A DNA stretch of 64,000 bases from Ignavibacteriales bacterium (GTDB taxonomy: Bacteria; Bacteroidota; Ignavibacteria; UBA10030), in contig JACPSI010000120.1 in the NCBI GenBank assembly GCA_016193365.1, positions 2,640-66,639 on the forward strand, read 5' to 3'. This document shows positions 8,626-19,272 of this stretch, in pieces. A program made the position numbers and the translations under genes. Numbering within the stretch: the stretch's first letter is position 1; the number at the start of each line of letters is the position of its first letter. The notes beneath the pieces are model-generated. The model did no database searches. It worked only from the letters and a program-made list of their open reading frames with translations, and was not told the DNA's origin.

Positions 8626-9783
8626 TTATGGCTTGAACTCAGCGGGCCGGCTTCGCCGATATCCGAAAAACCACCGGATGGCCTGAACCGTGCGCCACGC
8701 AGCCTTACCGTCGCCGTACGGATTGGCCCGCTTCGCCATCGAACGGGATGTTCTGCCCTCGCTCAAGAGCCGTTTACTCTCACGGTAGATTCTCTTCTCG
8801 TCCAGACCAACGAGTTTTACCGTGCCCGCCCTGACTGCTTCGGGTCTTTCTGTGACCTTCCTCAACACGAGAACGGGTTTGCCGAGCGAAGGCGCTTCTT
8901 CCTGAATACCGCCGGAGTCCGTGACAATGAATGAGCTTGTCTTCATCAGGTTGACGAAGTCTTTGTAGTTCAGCGGCTCAAGAAGAAGAATATTGGCGAG
9001 ACCTGAGAGCGTTGGATAAACAACATTGCGAACAACAGGATTCCTATGCACCGGAAAAACGAAGTTGACGTCGGAATTTTCGTTTGCGAGCCTTTTGATT
9101 GCTTTGCAAGCTCCCAACATCGGCTTTCCCCAATTTTCTCTTCGATGTATTGTAATAAGCACCAGGCGTTTTCCGCGGGCAGCTTCTCTGGTAATGCCAT
9201 TCAAAACCTGCGAATCAAACCTATGGTTACGCTCAACCGTTGTGACCAAGGCGTCGATTACTGTATTCCCTGTGGTGAAAATCGTTTGACGGTCGACTCC
9301 TTCAGCCAGGAGCAGTTTTTTTGCAGTTTTTGTTGCCGCAAAATGGAGATCAGCAATATGCCCCGTGAGCCGACGGTTTATCTCTTCCGGAAAAGGGTTG
9401 AGCTTATCCAATGTCCGCAATCCGGCTTCGATGTGGCCGACAGAAACTTTGTGGTAAAAAGCGACGAGGCTTCCCAAAAACGTCGTCGACGTGTCTCCCT
9501 GGACAAGCACAAGGTCGGGTTTTGCACCAGCAACGATGGTGTCGAGCCTCTCGAGCGTGCGTGATGAAATCTGGGACAGCGTTTGGCCCGTTTGCATGAT
9601 GTTCAGGTCGTAGGTAGGCTTTATCCGAAAAACTTCAAGCACCTGGTCAAGCATGTGCCTGTGCTGCGCCGTGGCTACCGTGATGACTCTGAATTCGCGC
9701 TTAAACCTCCGGAGCTCGTGGATGACCGGCGCCATTTTGATTGTGTCGGGACGAGTGCCGAAGATGCAGAGGATGGTTTTCAT
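8626..9783 (-). CDS. wecB: UDP-N-acetylglucosamine 2-epimerase (non-hydrolysing)
   Basis: MKTILCIFGTRPDTIKMAPV...HIEAGLRT...NPFPEE motifs. Start most likely at MKTIL (9783) rather than the ORF maximum (9828). Confidence 0.9.
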   Translation of the reverse strand: MKTILCIFGTRPDTIKMAPVIHELRRFKREFRVITVATAQHRHMLDQVLEVFRIKPTYDLNIMQTGQTLSQISSRTLERLDTIVAGAKPDLVLVQGDTSTTFLGSLVAFYHKVSVGHIEAGLRTLDKLNPFPEEINRRLTGHIADLHFAATKTAKKLLLAEGVDRQTIFTTGNTVIDALVTTVERNHRFDSQVLNGITREAARGKRLVLITIHRRENWGKPMLGACKAIKRLANENSDVNFVFPVHRNPVVRNVVYPTLSGLANILLLEPLNYKDFVNLMKTSSFIVTDSGGIQEEAPSLGKPVLVLRKVTERPEAVRAGTVKLVGLDEKRIYRESKRLLSEGRTSRSMAKRANPYGDGKAAWRTVQAIRWFFGYRRSRPAEFKP

Positions 9784-9958
9784 TTGAAATCGGTAGGACG
9801 GCGTTTCCCGAAGGGATGGCTTCGCCAAACGCCGTCGTACGAAGGAACAATGTACGCAGACTTTGCCGGATTCTTTAATAAAAAAGAGGAACTAAGAAGA
9901 TTTAACGAGGTAGACTTCCGAAATTCAACCACCGCTGATTTCGGAAGTCCGGTGAAGG

Positions 9959-10591
9959 TTAGCGGTACTGAACGCCCATTGTTATCGAAAAACCTGAAGG
10001 GTTCACGAGGAATGTGTAATTGTCCGGCACGGTATCTTCAGCTTTTCCGGCAATGTAAAACCGCGGTTCAATGAAAATCTGGCCGATCAGGAGGCGCAGG
10101 AATACCGTTCCGAAAGCTTTTCCCCCGTTTCTGGTTTCGGTCTGCGAGCTGAGGCCACCGCCAAGGATGCCGCCACTGCCTGAAGCGTACTCAACGGCGT
10201 AGAAATAGAGATAATATCCTCCCCCAGCTCCCGCATACGCACGACTGTCCGCGTCGGGGACATCAAAGAGTTTGAAACCTACGTTGGCGTGCAACGGTAT
10301 GAGAACCATTTGTTGCTGATACACCGTCGGCTTTGGATCCTTGAAAATGCCGATGGTTTGTTTCATATAAAGGTCTGCTGCACCCGTGAGAGTGAATTTG
10401 TAATTGATGAATTCCGTCACACCATCAATGCCAAAGAGCAGGCCGTTGTTGAGGCCGTCGCTTGGCTGGTAGAATCCAAATTTTCCGCTGTAGTATTGCC
10501 TCAGGTTGGAGCTCTTTTCTTCGCTTTTCTCCTGTGCAAAGACAGAAACCGAGGCCATCACAATCAGAGACACAGCAAGAATAATTCTCAT
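9959..10591 (-). CDS. outer-membrane beta-barrel protein (hypothetical)
   Basis: Signal peptide MRIILAVSLIVMASVSVFAQE. Alternating amphipathic strands and Gly/aromatic-rich composition. Ends in aromatic Y-R. Confidence 0.55.
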   Translation of the reverse strand: MRIILAVSLIVMASVSVFAQEKSEEKSSNLRQYYSGKFGFYQPSDGLNNGLLFGIDGVTEFINYKFTLTGAADLYMKQTIGIFKDPKPTVYQQQMVLIPLHANVGFKLFDVPDADSRAYAGAGGGYYLYFYAVEYASGSGGILGGGLSSQTETRNGGKAFGTVFLRLLIGQIFIEPRFYIAGKAEDTVPDNYTFLVNPSGFSITMGVQYR

Positions 10592-10631
10592 ACTTTTACC
10601 CTCCTGCGAGATTGAATAGTTACGCCCGCAA

Positions 10632-11090
10632 TTATCCAAAGTAAAACCGCACTCCGACGCCAGCGCCCACACCGAACGAACTTGCCGGCACAATGATCAC
10701 CGTGGGCACAACTTGAAAGAAAACATCAATCGGCACCTGCCGCGAAAGCCACGCCACGCCGAACACGCCGCGAACACCAAGGGCAGCTTCTCCCCCGCCA
10801 CCGGAGGTTAGTGCGCCGCCCACTCCGTAATAGACAGGAAACCGCTCTGTAGACCGGATGACGTCAAACGAGTGCCACAAGTAGTCGACACTCATGAGTG
10901 CGCGGTTTCCTTTGAACCTGTCGGAGAGAGAAAACCCGAATTGCAGAGTGCTTTGTCTTGACATCCACAGATTTGCGCTCATCCCGGTTGGGTCGCCGAT
11001 GACAACTCCAAGGCCAAACCCGTGGTCTTGAGCAATCGCACTGAACGACATGAGCCCGCACCCGAACAAAACCACGATCATCTTCCTCAT
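10632..11090 (-). CDS. small outer-membrane beta-barrel protein (hypothetical, OmpW/OmpA-barrel-like)
   Basis: Signal peptide MRKMIVVLFGCGLMSFSAIAQ. Gly-rich beta-strand pattern. C-terminal FYFG. Confidence 0.55.
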   Translation of the reverse strand: MRKMIVVLFGCGLMSFSAIAQDHGFGLGVVIGDPTGMSANLWMSRQSTLQFGFSLSDRFKGNRALMSVDYLWHSFDVIRSTERFPVYYGVGGALTSGGGGEAALGVRGVFGVAWLSRQVPIDVFFQVVPTVIIVPASSFGVGAGVGVRFYFG

Positions 11091-11274
11091 ACATCCTCCG
11101 ATATTTTTGGCTGTCAATAATTATACGAAAGAGAGCGCGTTTGGACAAGGGCTTCATCACAAAAAAACCGGTCTCGTGCAATAAATCACGCGTTTTTATT
11201 TTGCAATTCGCATCGTCACTGTGTACATTCTTCACACTTTGTCTACTGCACAATACATTTCGTAATTTTGAAGG

Positions 11275-11769
11275 TTGAACATGAAAAGAATTTCTCAAAG
11301 CGCAGAGAGAAAATTGCTTTTGAAAATGGTTGACGAGGGTTATGCATCGAGAGCGTGGCACGGGCCTAATCTGCGAGGTGCCATCCGGGGACTGAACGCA
11401 AAACAAGCCTCGTGGCGGCCGTCGAAAAAACGCCACAACATATGGGAAATAGTTGTGCACTGCGCATACTGGAAGTACATTGTGCGAAGAAGAATCCTTG
11501 GAGAGAAAAAAGGCTCGTTCCCGCTTAAAGGCAGCAATTGGTTTCACAGACCTGAAGAGGTCACCGAACCATCCTGGAAACGGGATAGAAAACTTCTTGC
11601 AGATATGCATTCCTCCTTGGCAGAAGCGATTACCGGGCTGGAGGATTCAGACTTACAGAAGAAACCGAAAGGAAGCATCTGGTCAATCCGCTCGACGGTC
11701 TATGGCATCGCAATGCACGATGTGTATCACGCGGGCCAAATTCAGTTGTTGAAAAGAATGATGAAATAA
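11275..11769 (+). CDS. DinB family protein (metal-dependent four-helix bundle)
   Basis: Conserved His triad context HCAYW ... HDVYHAGQIQLL. 164 aa. Confidence 0.7.
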   Translation: MNMKRISQSAERKLLLKMVDEGYASRAWHGPNLRGAIRGLNAKQASWRPSKKRHNIWEIVVHCAYWKYIVRRRILGEKKGSFPLKGSNWFHRPEEVTEPSWKRDRKLLADMHSSLAEAITGLEDSDLQKKPKGSIWSIRSTVYGIAMHDVYHAGQIQLLKRMMK

Positions 11770-11884
11770 TCCGTGAGGAAGCCTCTTCAGGATGAGTGGA
11801 AGTTAGATGGGTGGAGTAGTGACTCTGCTTTCATTTATCCATTAATCCATAAATCCACTAATCCAACGCCGATGTTTCCCGGCT

Positions 11885-13195
11885 ATGTCTGAACTCAAAC
11901 GCTCCTTATCGCTGTTTGATCTTACCATGATCGCGATTGGCTCGACGATTGGATCGGGTATCTTTCTTACTCCTGCGCTCATTGCAAAGGAACTTCCGTC
12001 GCCGCTCTGGATCGTCGGCGTGTGGGTTGTCGGGGGTTTGATGGCCTTGAGCGGCGCCCTCACCTTCGCCGAGCTTGGGGCAATGATGCCTCGCGCGGGC
12101 GGAGTCTACGTTTTTTTGACTGAAGCATACGGCGGACTCAGCGGCTTCCTCTTCGGCTGGGCATATTTCCTCGTTGTCAACACAGGAGGCATCGCTGCAC
12201 TTGCGGTGGCTTTTTCAACCTATTTCGGCTTTCTCGTGCCGTTAACGGACGTTGGGCAAACTGCCGTTGCCATTTTCGGAATCATCTTTGTCACGGTTGT
12301 GAATATCCTTGGCGTTAAGGCGGGGGGAATGTTTTCGGATTTATTCACAGTCCTAAAACTCCTCGGGATTTTGTTTTTGATCGCTGTTGGATTTGGCTGG
12401 GGCTCGATTTCTACAACCGACTTTTCCCTCGGGCTTTCTTCGAGCAACCTGAGCGGCGCGCTGACGATCGCTTTCGTCAGTGTTTTGTGGTCTTATGGGG
12501 GATGGCAGCACGCGACTTTTACTGCAGCGGAGGCAAAAGACCCCAAAAGGTCCGTACCGATTGCGCTTGTGCTGGCCACGCTTGTTGTCGGCCTGGTGTA
12601 TATCTCAACGAACATCGCATACATGTTCTTGCTCTCGCCGGCTGATATGGCTTCGTCCCCGAGAATAGCATCAGATGCCGTGAGCGTTGCTCTGGGCCCG
12701 GTCGGAGGGACGATCATCGCTCTCACTATTTTTGTTTCAACATTTGGGACAGCCGGAATTTATACGCTCACCGCGCCGCGCATTTATTACGCAATGGCAA
12801 ACGACGGGTTGTTTTTCAAAAAAGTAGCGGAAGTCCATCCTCGCTACCATACGCCGATGAACGCCATCCTCATTCAGTCCGCCTGGGCAATCGTGCTGAT
12901 TCTGTTTTGGCGAACGTTCGACAAACTCATTTCCTATGTTGTCTTTACCGATTGGATTTTCTTCGCCCTCACGGCCGCAAGTGTGTTCGTGTTTCGCAAA
13001 CGCCTGCCGGACGCTGAGCGGCCCTACAAAACCGTTGCATATCCCTTCCCGCCGGTTTTTTTCATTGCAGTGGCAACATGGTTTGTCATAAACACGTTAG
13101 TGGAAAGACCTCAGGAGGCATGGGCGGGACTGGGCTTCTTGGCCCTGGGTGTTCCGGTGTATTATTTTTGGAAAGGGCGAAGACCCTCGCTGTGA
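11885..13195 (+). CDS. amino acid permease (APC superfamily transporter)
   Basis: 436 aa with 12 predicted TM helices. N-terminal LFDLTMIAIGSTIGSGIF signature of APC permeases. Confidence 0.85.
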   Translation: MSELKRSLSLFDLTMIAIGSTIGSGIFLTPALIAKELPSPLWIVGVWVVGGLMALSGALTFAELGAMMPRAGGVYVFLTEAYGGLSGFLFGWAYFLVVNTGGIAALAVAFSTYFGFLVPLTDVGQTAVAIFGIIFVTVVNILGVKAGGMFSDLFTVLKLLGILFLIAVGFGWGSISTTDFSLGLSSSNLSGALTIAFVSVLWSYGGWQHATFTAAEAKDPKRSVPIALVLATLVVGLVYISTNIAYMFLLSPADMASSPRIASDAVSVALGPVGGTIIALTIFVSTFGTAGIYTLTAPRIYYAMANDGLFFKKVAEVHPRYHTPMNAILIQSAWAIVLILFWRTFDKLISYVVFTDWIFFALTAASVFVFRKRLPDAERPYKTVAYPFPPVFFIAVATWFVINTLVERPQEAWAGLGFLALGVPVYYFWKGRRPSL

Positions 13196-13289
13196 CCTCC
13201 CGGGCGAATACTGAAGCGACTGAGTTCGTCGGAAAACAAAAGGGCGGCCGTATTGGGCCGCCCTCGAAGCTCCATCTACACGAGCAATC

Positions 13290-15830
13290 CTACGCTTTCG
13301 CCTCAAATGCTTTCTGAACGAGCATCAAGATGTGCTGGGTGTGTGCAGCCGTCTCGGCATTCCCTCGCTGTCGCACTTTCAACATCCTTTCAATGGCTTT
13401 CAACTGAAACACTGCCTGGGATTGTGCGGTGTAATTATATCGAGACTTCCCTTCCGGCGTCAGAACCGCGGTCAACCGGTTGACATATTCAAGCTGGAGA
13501 TTCTGCCGGTAGACGTTGACTTCTGTCTTGAGATCCTCCTGAAAGATCCCGTCCGTCAAGTCTGACATCATTTCCGCAAGCGAGTATTGATTGCCGTACA
13601 TTCTTGAATCGTTCAGTCGTTTCATGACGACAGGATGCAGGAGATGGTTAACGACATTTCGTTGAATGTTTAGCACGCGGTCAGTGAGTTTCGGGTCTTC
13701 GGTCGTTCCGAAGAAACTGAATCCCCGTCTCTGCACCTGGAGAAGTCCGAACAGGTCATCGGCTGTTTTGAATGCACCGGGCGAAAACAAATGCGTTTTT
13801 AATGCTTGCATTGCCTTCTTTTGATCGGCCCTGCTGACGGGCGTCAGAGGCTTGCCTGTTTTCGTCTGCCCGACGAATCCACGGTCGACATACACTCCTC
13901 CGACAAAGCGGGAGATCACGGAAACCATGGAGCTGTATTGGCCCGTGGCGATGAGAAAAGCATTCCGTAGTTCATGGTATGACTGACCAGGCTTTGAGTA
14001 TTTTGTCTTGATCTTGCCGATGACCGTGTTTGTCAATTTCAAACGGTCAATGGAGTACGACACGGCGTCGCTCGACATGTCGTTGATCATCACCCTCGGG
14101 TCGATGCCTGCCCCCGGAGACCGCATATCATCGGCATCGTTTCCGAACATGAGGGCCGGCTCCGTCGAACGAGAAAGGATCTTTTCGTGGCGCGTCTTCT
14201 CCGCATTCTTGTCGGTCAGCGACGTCGAGTACCCGAATTCAATTGCCCATCGGTCATACGGGCCCGGAATCGTGATAAAATACTCACCCTGCTTTTTCCT
14301 GTCCGAAGCTATGTTCACCGCCGGATAATCCATCACAGAGCCGTACAAACCGTTCTTCGACGTCCATTCTTTATCATTCATCTTCTGCGGCGAGAGCAAG
14401 TTGCTTGCTTTCATGTTATGATTGAGTCCAAGAGTGTGTCCGATTTCATGCAGAACGAGAAAATACAGGGATTGACCCAGGAATTCGTTTTTCTCAGAGT
14501 CGGTCGCATCCATCGCATGAAGAGTTTGCATGCCGAACAGTGCGTTTTCGTGCGCGAAGAGTGACGCCTGGCAGTTCCTGGGGTTCTTCTGTTCATTGGT
14601 TTCCAAATGCAGGCCGGCAAGATCAAACAATTCCTCCTGCATCAGGCGGTTGGTGACATAAATGTATTCCAGCATCACGTCTGCGCCAAGGATCTGGCCG
14701 GTGCGCGGATTGACGAAACTCGGGCCGTATCCGCCAAACGGAGGATTGGGCGAGGAGGTCCATCGCAGCACGTTGTAACGAATGTCCCCCGCGTCCCACG
14801 TTGCGTCCTCGGGCTGGACGTTCACCTGCACCGCGTTTTTGAATCCCGCTGCTTCAAAGGCAACATTCCAGGCGAGTGCCGCTTTTCGTATTGTCTCCCG
14901 GAGATTCACAGGCGTCGTGTTTTCGATCCACCAGACAATGGGCTCCACCGGCTCCGACAACGAGGCGGCTGGATCTTTTTTCTTCAGGTTCCACCGGTTA
15001 ATTAAATCTCTGTAAGGCGTCGCTGAGTTTGATGTCAGGTCGTTTACCTGTTCCGTAAAAAAACCTACGCGAGGGTCGTCAAACCGAGGTTCGTAATCGT
15101 TCTGAGGAACCTCGATCATACTGTGCTGCATCTTAAGGCTCACATACCGCGGGTCTGTAACTTCCCGGCCGCCCCTCACGAGGGGAGCCTGGTTTTCATA
15201 GACATACTCCACGACGACATCTGTGTTCGCCGGATAGTTCTTGATCGATATGATTTTTGTCCGATCCTTGTTGAGATTCCCAAGCGTGAAGACTGTTCCA
15301 GGCTTGACGTTCGGATTCGGCGAGGGCTTGATTTGCTGGAACATCTCGCTCAAGAACACATCGTCGACCTTAATGAGGTACTCATGTTTCACGGAGTCCT
15401 TTGCCACGATTTTTTGAGAAGAAAGGACGGCGTTGCTGATGTTCGCATCCGACGCGCGGTGAAGGGCGTTGCTGCGGTCGAAATAATACCCTGTATTTTC
15501 GGCCACGAATTCTATGCGGTTGAAGTACTTGCGCACAGAGAAGGTTTTGTTTTCGGTATACGCCCCCCGGAAATACCCTGCCGCCACAACTCCGTTTTCC
15601 GCAAAACTGAAGTAAATGTATTCTTTGTTGATTTGATCGTTGCGGACCAGCATATGGACGGTTCCGTCCGTTGAATCCTGATAGAGCGTAAACAGCCCTT
15701 CATATTGCCGGCTTGCTTTTATAACGTCCTTGATGCTTTTGGTCGCAGGGGTTTCGGGCTTCTGCTGACTTACGGCATTCACCAAGAACGCTGCCAGAGC
15801 CGTCATGGCAATGAGTAAACGTCTTTTCAT
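13290..15830 (-). CDS. secreted zinc-dependent metalloprotease (DUF5117/DUF5118-type, HExxHxxGxxH)
   Basis: HEIGHTLGLNHN zinc-binding motif. Signal peptide MKRRLLIAMTALAAFLVNAVSQQ. Start placed at that Met (15830) rather than the ORF maximum 15983. Confidence 0.8.
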   Translation of the reverse strand: MKRRLLIAMTALAAFLVNAVSQQKPETPATKSIKDVIKASRQYEGLFTLYQDSTDGTVHMLVRNDQINKEYIYFSFAENGVVAAGYFRGAYTENKTFSVRKYFNRIEFVAENTGYYFDRSNALHRASDANISNAVLSSQKIVAKDSVKHEYLIKVDDVFLSEMFQQIKPSPNPNVKPGTVFTLGNLNKDRTKIISIKNYPANTDVVVEYVYENQAPLVRGGREVTDPRYVSLKMQHSMIEVPQNDYEPRFDDPRVGFFTEQVNDLTSNSATPYRDLINRWNLKKKDPAASLSEPVEPIVWWIENTTPVNLRETIRKAALAWNVAFEAAGFKNAVQVNVQPEDATWDAGDIRYNVLRWTSSPNPPFGGYGPSFVNPRTGQILGADVMLEYIYVTNRLMQEELFDLAGLHLETNEQKNPRNCQASLFAHENALFGMQTLHAMDATDSEKNEFLGQSLYFLVLHEIGHTLGLNHNMKASNLLSPQKMNDKEWTSKNGLYGSVMDYPAVNIASDRKKQGEYFITIPGPYDRWAIEFGYSTSLTDKNAEKTRHEKILSRSTEPALMFGNDADDMRSPGAGIDPRVMINDMSSDAVSYSIDRLKLTNTVIGKIKTKYSKPGQSYHELRNAFLIATGQYSSMVSVISRFVGGVYVDRGFVGQTKTGKPLTPVSRADQKKAMQALKTHLFSPGAFKTADDLFGLLQVQRRGFSFFGTTEDPKLTDRVLNIQRNVVNHLLHPVVMKRLNDSRMYGNQYSLAEMMSDLTDGIFQEDLKTEVNVYRQNLQLEYVNRLTAVLTPEGKSRYNYTAQSQAVFQLKAIERMLKVRQRGNAETAAHTQHILMLVQKAFEAKA

Positions 15831-16181
15831 GGAATCCTCCATAATGTTGAACATGATTGAGTGTATGAAATATGCGCTCAGAGTCAGATGAACCGGTCGA
15901 ATCAAAGAAGCGGTGCTGCGAAGCTGCCTGTGGTGGGTACAACAAAAAGGGTACGTTGAATCTTTTTCAAAAGCAACTGACAATCAATTTCGGTAGTGTC
16001 TCATTTTCAAATTTTTCGTTCTCTTCTTTGCGAATCTTGCGCCTGCTTTGCGGCCTCGGCGGTTAGTATAACCACAAAGAACGCCGAGGAGGCGCAAAGA
16101 TCGCTAAGCCGAATGGTAACTGAGACACCACCTCAATTTCCTTTTAGGCCAACTGTGGCTATATTACGAACTCTGACCCCG

Positions 16182-17384
16182 ATGGCCTTGAATCCTTCCG
16201 ACACATTGTCTTCAGCACGACTTGCGGCCGCAAGGGCTCTTTTCCCCCACATTTCAAAAGGGAAGATTTATCTCAACCATGCCGCCACCGCGCCACTTTC
16301 GACGCTCGTCGTTGATGCAACCATGCACTACCTCGAACAGCGTTCGGTCGGCACACTGGAAAACTTCGCAAACGACGTAAAGATGATTTCCGAGTGTCGC
16401 GAGGCCATCCGAAAACTCATCAACGCCGAATCCTCCGACCGCATTGCTCTTGTCGGCAATACGTCTGAAGCGCTCAACATCGTATCTACCGGGATTCCCT
16501 GGAAATCTGGAGACCGGATTCTCCTTAATTCAGCAGAATTCCCTGCTAACGTGTATCCATACCTGCATCTCAAAAAATTGGGCGTCGAGATTGATTTTCT
16601 CCAAGCGCCCGATGGCCGGGTTCCGTATGAACTCATCGAAAAAGACATTACGCCAAAAACCCGGGTGGTGGCTCTCAGTGCGGTGCAATTCCTTTCCGGC
16701 TACAAATCAGACCTTGTTGCAATCGGCGACCTCTGCCGAAGAAAAGATGTCCTTTTTGTTGTCGACGGAATTCAGGCTATCGGCGCTGTGCAGATTGACG
16801 TACAAAAAGCGAAGATTGATGCGCTCGCCACAGGATGCCAAAAATGGCAGCTTGGTCAACAGGGTACCGGCTACCTGTATGTCACCGAAGAATTGCAGAA
16901 GAACATCAGGCAGCAGCATGTGGGATGGTTGTCTGCCGCAGACCCGTGGGATTTTCACAATTTCAATCAGCCGTTATCTCCAACAGCACGCAGGTACGAG
17001 CCCGGCACGTTGAACATTCCAGGACTCTGGGGAACTCAGGGCTCGATCGAATTGCTTTTGCAGTACGGTATTGAAAACATTGAGCGCCACATTCTCTCTA
17101 TTACGCGATCGCTCATCGAGGGATTACGATCTATTGAAGGGCTGGAACTCGTTTCGCCGAATGAGGACAGGGAACGAGCTGGTATTGTGACAGTAAAAGT
17201 CACCGGCTCTCTGGATGCGCAGACCGCTTTTAAGGAAATCGCCGAACGAAACATTACAATTTCATTGCGTGAGGGAATGCTGCGGTTTTCCCCTCATTTT
17301 TACAACTCACCGGAGGATATTGCTTTTACCGTGGATGCTGTCAGAGAATGTCTTTCCGAACAGCCGGCTCTTAAGATGCGCTAA
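16182..17384 (+). CDS. aminotransferase class V fold PLP-dependent enzyme (cysteine desulfurase / selenocysteine lyase-like)
   Basis: IYLNHAATAPLS N-terminal motif and general class V layout. Start chosen at MALNPSD (16182). The ORF is open from 15996. Confidence 0.75.
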   Translation: MALNPSDTLSSARLAAARALFPHISKGKIYLNHAATAPLSTLVVDATMHYLEQRSVGTLENFANDVKMISECREAIRKLINAESSDRIALVGNTSEALNIVSTGIPWKSGDRILLNSAEFPANVYPYLHLKKLGVEIDFLQAPDGRVPYELIEKDITPKTRVVALSAVQFLSGYKSDLVAIGDLCRRKDVLFVVDGIQAIGAVQIDVQKAKIDALATGCQKWQLGQQGTGYLYVTEELQKNIRQQHVGWLSAADPWDFHNFNQPLSPTARRYEPGTLNIPGLWGTQGSIELLLQYGIENIERHILSITRSLIEGLRSIEGLELVSPNEDRERAGIVTVKVTGSLDAQTAFKEIAERNITISLREGMLRFSPHFYNSPEDIAFTVDAVRECLSEQPALKMR

Positions 17385-18048
17385 AGCGCGAAAGTTTTTG
17401 CGAGGACTTCATCGCCCTGATGGAAAGGAAAACTGCAATGAGAAGGGAGAGAAGAGCACCGACTGTGAGCAATGCATAACTTTGCTGGAGAAGAAAGAAA
17501 TCGTACGCGCCGTGAAATCCGACAGCAGACGCCAGCCCATACATTCTCAGCTGCCGTTGATTCCCTTTGAATTTGGAAAGTCCGACAAAGTATCCCATCA
17601 AGACGGCAAACGTCGCGTGTGCGGGAACGGACATGACCATACGCAAGAGCGCCACCCCCAGCCCACCCTGCATGACATAGAGGATATTTTCTGTCGTCGC
17701 GAACCCCATGGAGATCATAACAGAATATACGATACCATCAAACGGTTCGTTGAAATCTCTTTTCGGATATGCCATCCATCGCAAGAACAGGTACTTGCTC
17801 CATTCTTCGCTCAACGCAATAACGAAAAAAGCGTACAGGGCAACAGAGATCATGCTCTGTGACATTCCGAGGCCAAGGTTTTCAGCGACGAGGGGAAGGA
17901 GGATTGCCGGTACCACGCTCACCGCGCCGGCAAAGAAACACTGCAACAACAGGATGAGCGGTTCTTTCTCGAATTTGTCTTTGCAGTACACAAAAAGAGA
18001 AAGCGCAACACCCGGGGCAAATGCGAGTGTGAGAAGAAAATATGGCAT
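17371..18048 (-). CDS. PrsW family intramembrane glutamic-type metalloprotease
   Basis: EEWSKY (EExxK), FATTEN (FxxxE) and HGAYDF motifs in a multi-TM protein of 225 aa. Confidence 0.7.
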   Translation of the reverse strand: MPYFLLTLAFAPGVALSLFVYCKDKFEKEPLILLLQCFFAGAVSVVPAILLPLVAENLGLGMSQSMISVALYAFFVIALSEEWSKYLFLRWMAYPKRDFNEPFDGIVYSVMISMGFATTENILYVMQGGLGVALLRMVMSVPAHATFAVLMGYFVGLSKFKGNQRQLRMYGLASAVGFHGAYDFFLLQQSYALLTVGALLSLLIAVFLSIRAMKSSQKLSRFSAS

Positions 18049-18090
18049 GGGAAGTGTAAAACTACAGCATAGTACAAGTCAGGAGAACGA

Positions 18091-18579
18091 ATGGCAATAA
18101 CAATCTTGGTGACGGGAGGAACCTTCGACAAGGAGTACAATGAACTCGATGGGAAGCTGTTTTTCAAAAACACCCATCTCCACGAAATGCTTCAACTCGG
18201 GAGGTCACGCGTGAAACTCAATATCAAGACATTGATGCTTGTAGACAGCCTCGAGTTGACAGATGAAGACCGGCATACCATACTCCGTCGCTGTATTAAA
18301 ACGAGAGTCGACCGAATAGTTGTGACACACGGGACTGATACCATGGAAATAACAGCGCGGGTTTTGGGAGAAGCCATCAAAGACAAGACCATCGTCCTTA
18401 CCGGAGCGATGGTCCCTTACAAGTTCGGCAGCTCCGACGGTTTGTTTAACCTGGGGAGCGCTCTTGCCTTCGTACAGACCTTGCCGCATGGCGTCTACAT
18501 CGTCATGAACGGAAGGTTCTTCCCATGGGACAATGTGACAAAAAACCGGAAGACGGGCGTTTTTGAAGAATTACACTAG
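18091..18579 (+). CDS. asparaginase N-terminal-domain family protein (short form, 162 aa)
   Basis: ILVTGGTFD (TGGTI/FD catalytic-threonine motif) and HGTDTME motifs of the L-asparaginase/glutaminase N-domain. The C-terminal domain is absent. Confidence 0.65.
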   Translation: MAITILVTGGTFDKEYNELDGKLFFKNTHLHEMLQLGRSRVKLNIKTLMLVDSLELTDEDRHTILRRCIKTRVDRIVVTHGTDTMEITARVLGEAIKDKTIVLTGAMVPYKFGSSDGLFNLGSALAFVQTLPHGVYIVMNGRFFPWDNVTKNRKTGVFEELH

Positions 18580-18582
18580 GTC

Positions 18583-18699
18583 TACAGCGATTGTTCTTCC
18601 TTCTGAGGATGTTGGAGAACTTTCAGGAAGAATTTAACGGTGAAGGACGTAACAACAACCCATGAAAGCAGCATCGTGATCCATGCAGAAGTAGTCATG
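18583..18699 (-). CDS. candidate small membrane protein (38 aa)
   Basis: ATG-initiated ORF MTTSAWITMLLSWVVVTSFTVKFFLKVLQHPQKEEQSL in an otherwise non-coding 690-bp stretch. One TM helix. No family assigned. Confidence 0.2.
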
Positions 18700-19229
18700 A
18701 TAATTCCCTTCTTGGCAATTGAGATAGAGCTGTAACGATATGTTACAACCCTCCAAAAAAATAATCCAGGGATGACTACTTAGAGGTACGAAGAGGTGGT
18801 CAGCGTAAGAAGTATCTCGGGTGAAAGCAATCGAGGGGCAGCCAAACGAAGGCCGGCAGTGGCAACAAAACTGGCCACCGTGGAAGAGCAGACGACATCC
18901 CCCTCAAAAACCTTGTGAGGAAGTTTTTGCTCCGAGGTTTTGTTCGCCTGGACTGCGAAATAAGAAACGTAATCAAGTTGATCAACAAATTTGTGGTCTG
19001 AGGTGCCTGTTCGGTAGTGTGCAAGAGCGGGGGAAGCGTGAACGCATGACGCCGGTAACGCAACGCAGACCGCAACTCGTAATATGTTTTCAAGTGCTTT
19101 CATTGAAAAGGCTGATGGTGGACGCTGAAGGAGTCCCTGTCCGCCATCTTTCTGGCGGAGAACCTTCGACCTCCGCCTTGTCCCAAAACTTCTGAAGTTA
19201 GCGAGTTATAGCGAAGCTAACTTCATGAA

Positions 19230-19258
19230 GTTTTGAGGATCCCGACACGCTTTTGGTC
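19230..19258 (-). terminator. hairpin GATCCCGAC-N10-GTCGGGATC immediately 3' of tRNA-Val on the minus strand
   Basis: 9-bp perfect stem read from the sequence. Followed on the minus strand by TCAAAACTT. Confidence 0.4.
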
Positions 19259-19272
19259 GGGATCTGAATCAG

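Noticed and set aside
18780-19195. Three overlapping ~100-aa ORFs in different frames
   Set aside because: No start context or family resemblance, and they are mutually exclusive. The region was treated as non-coding.
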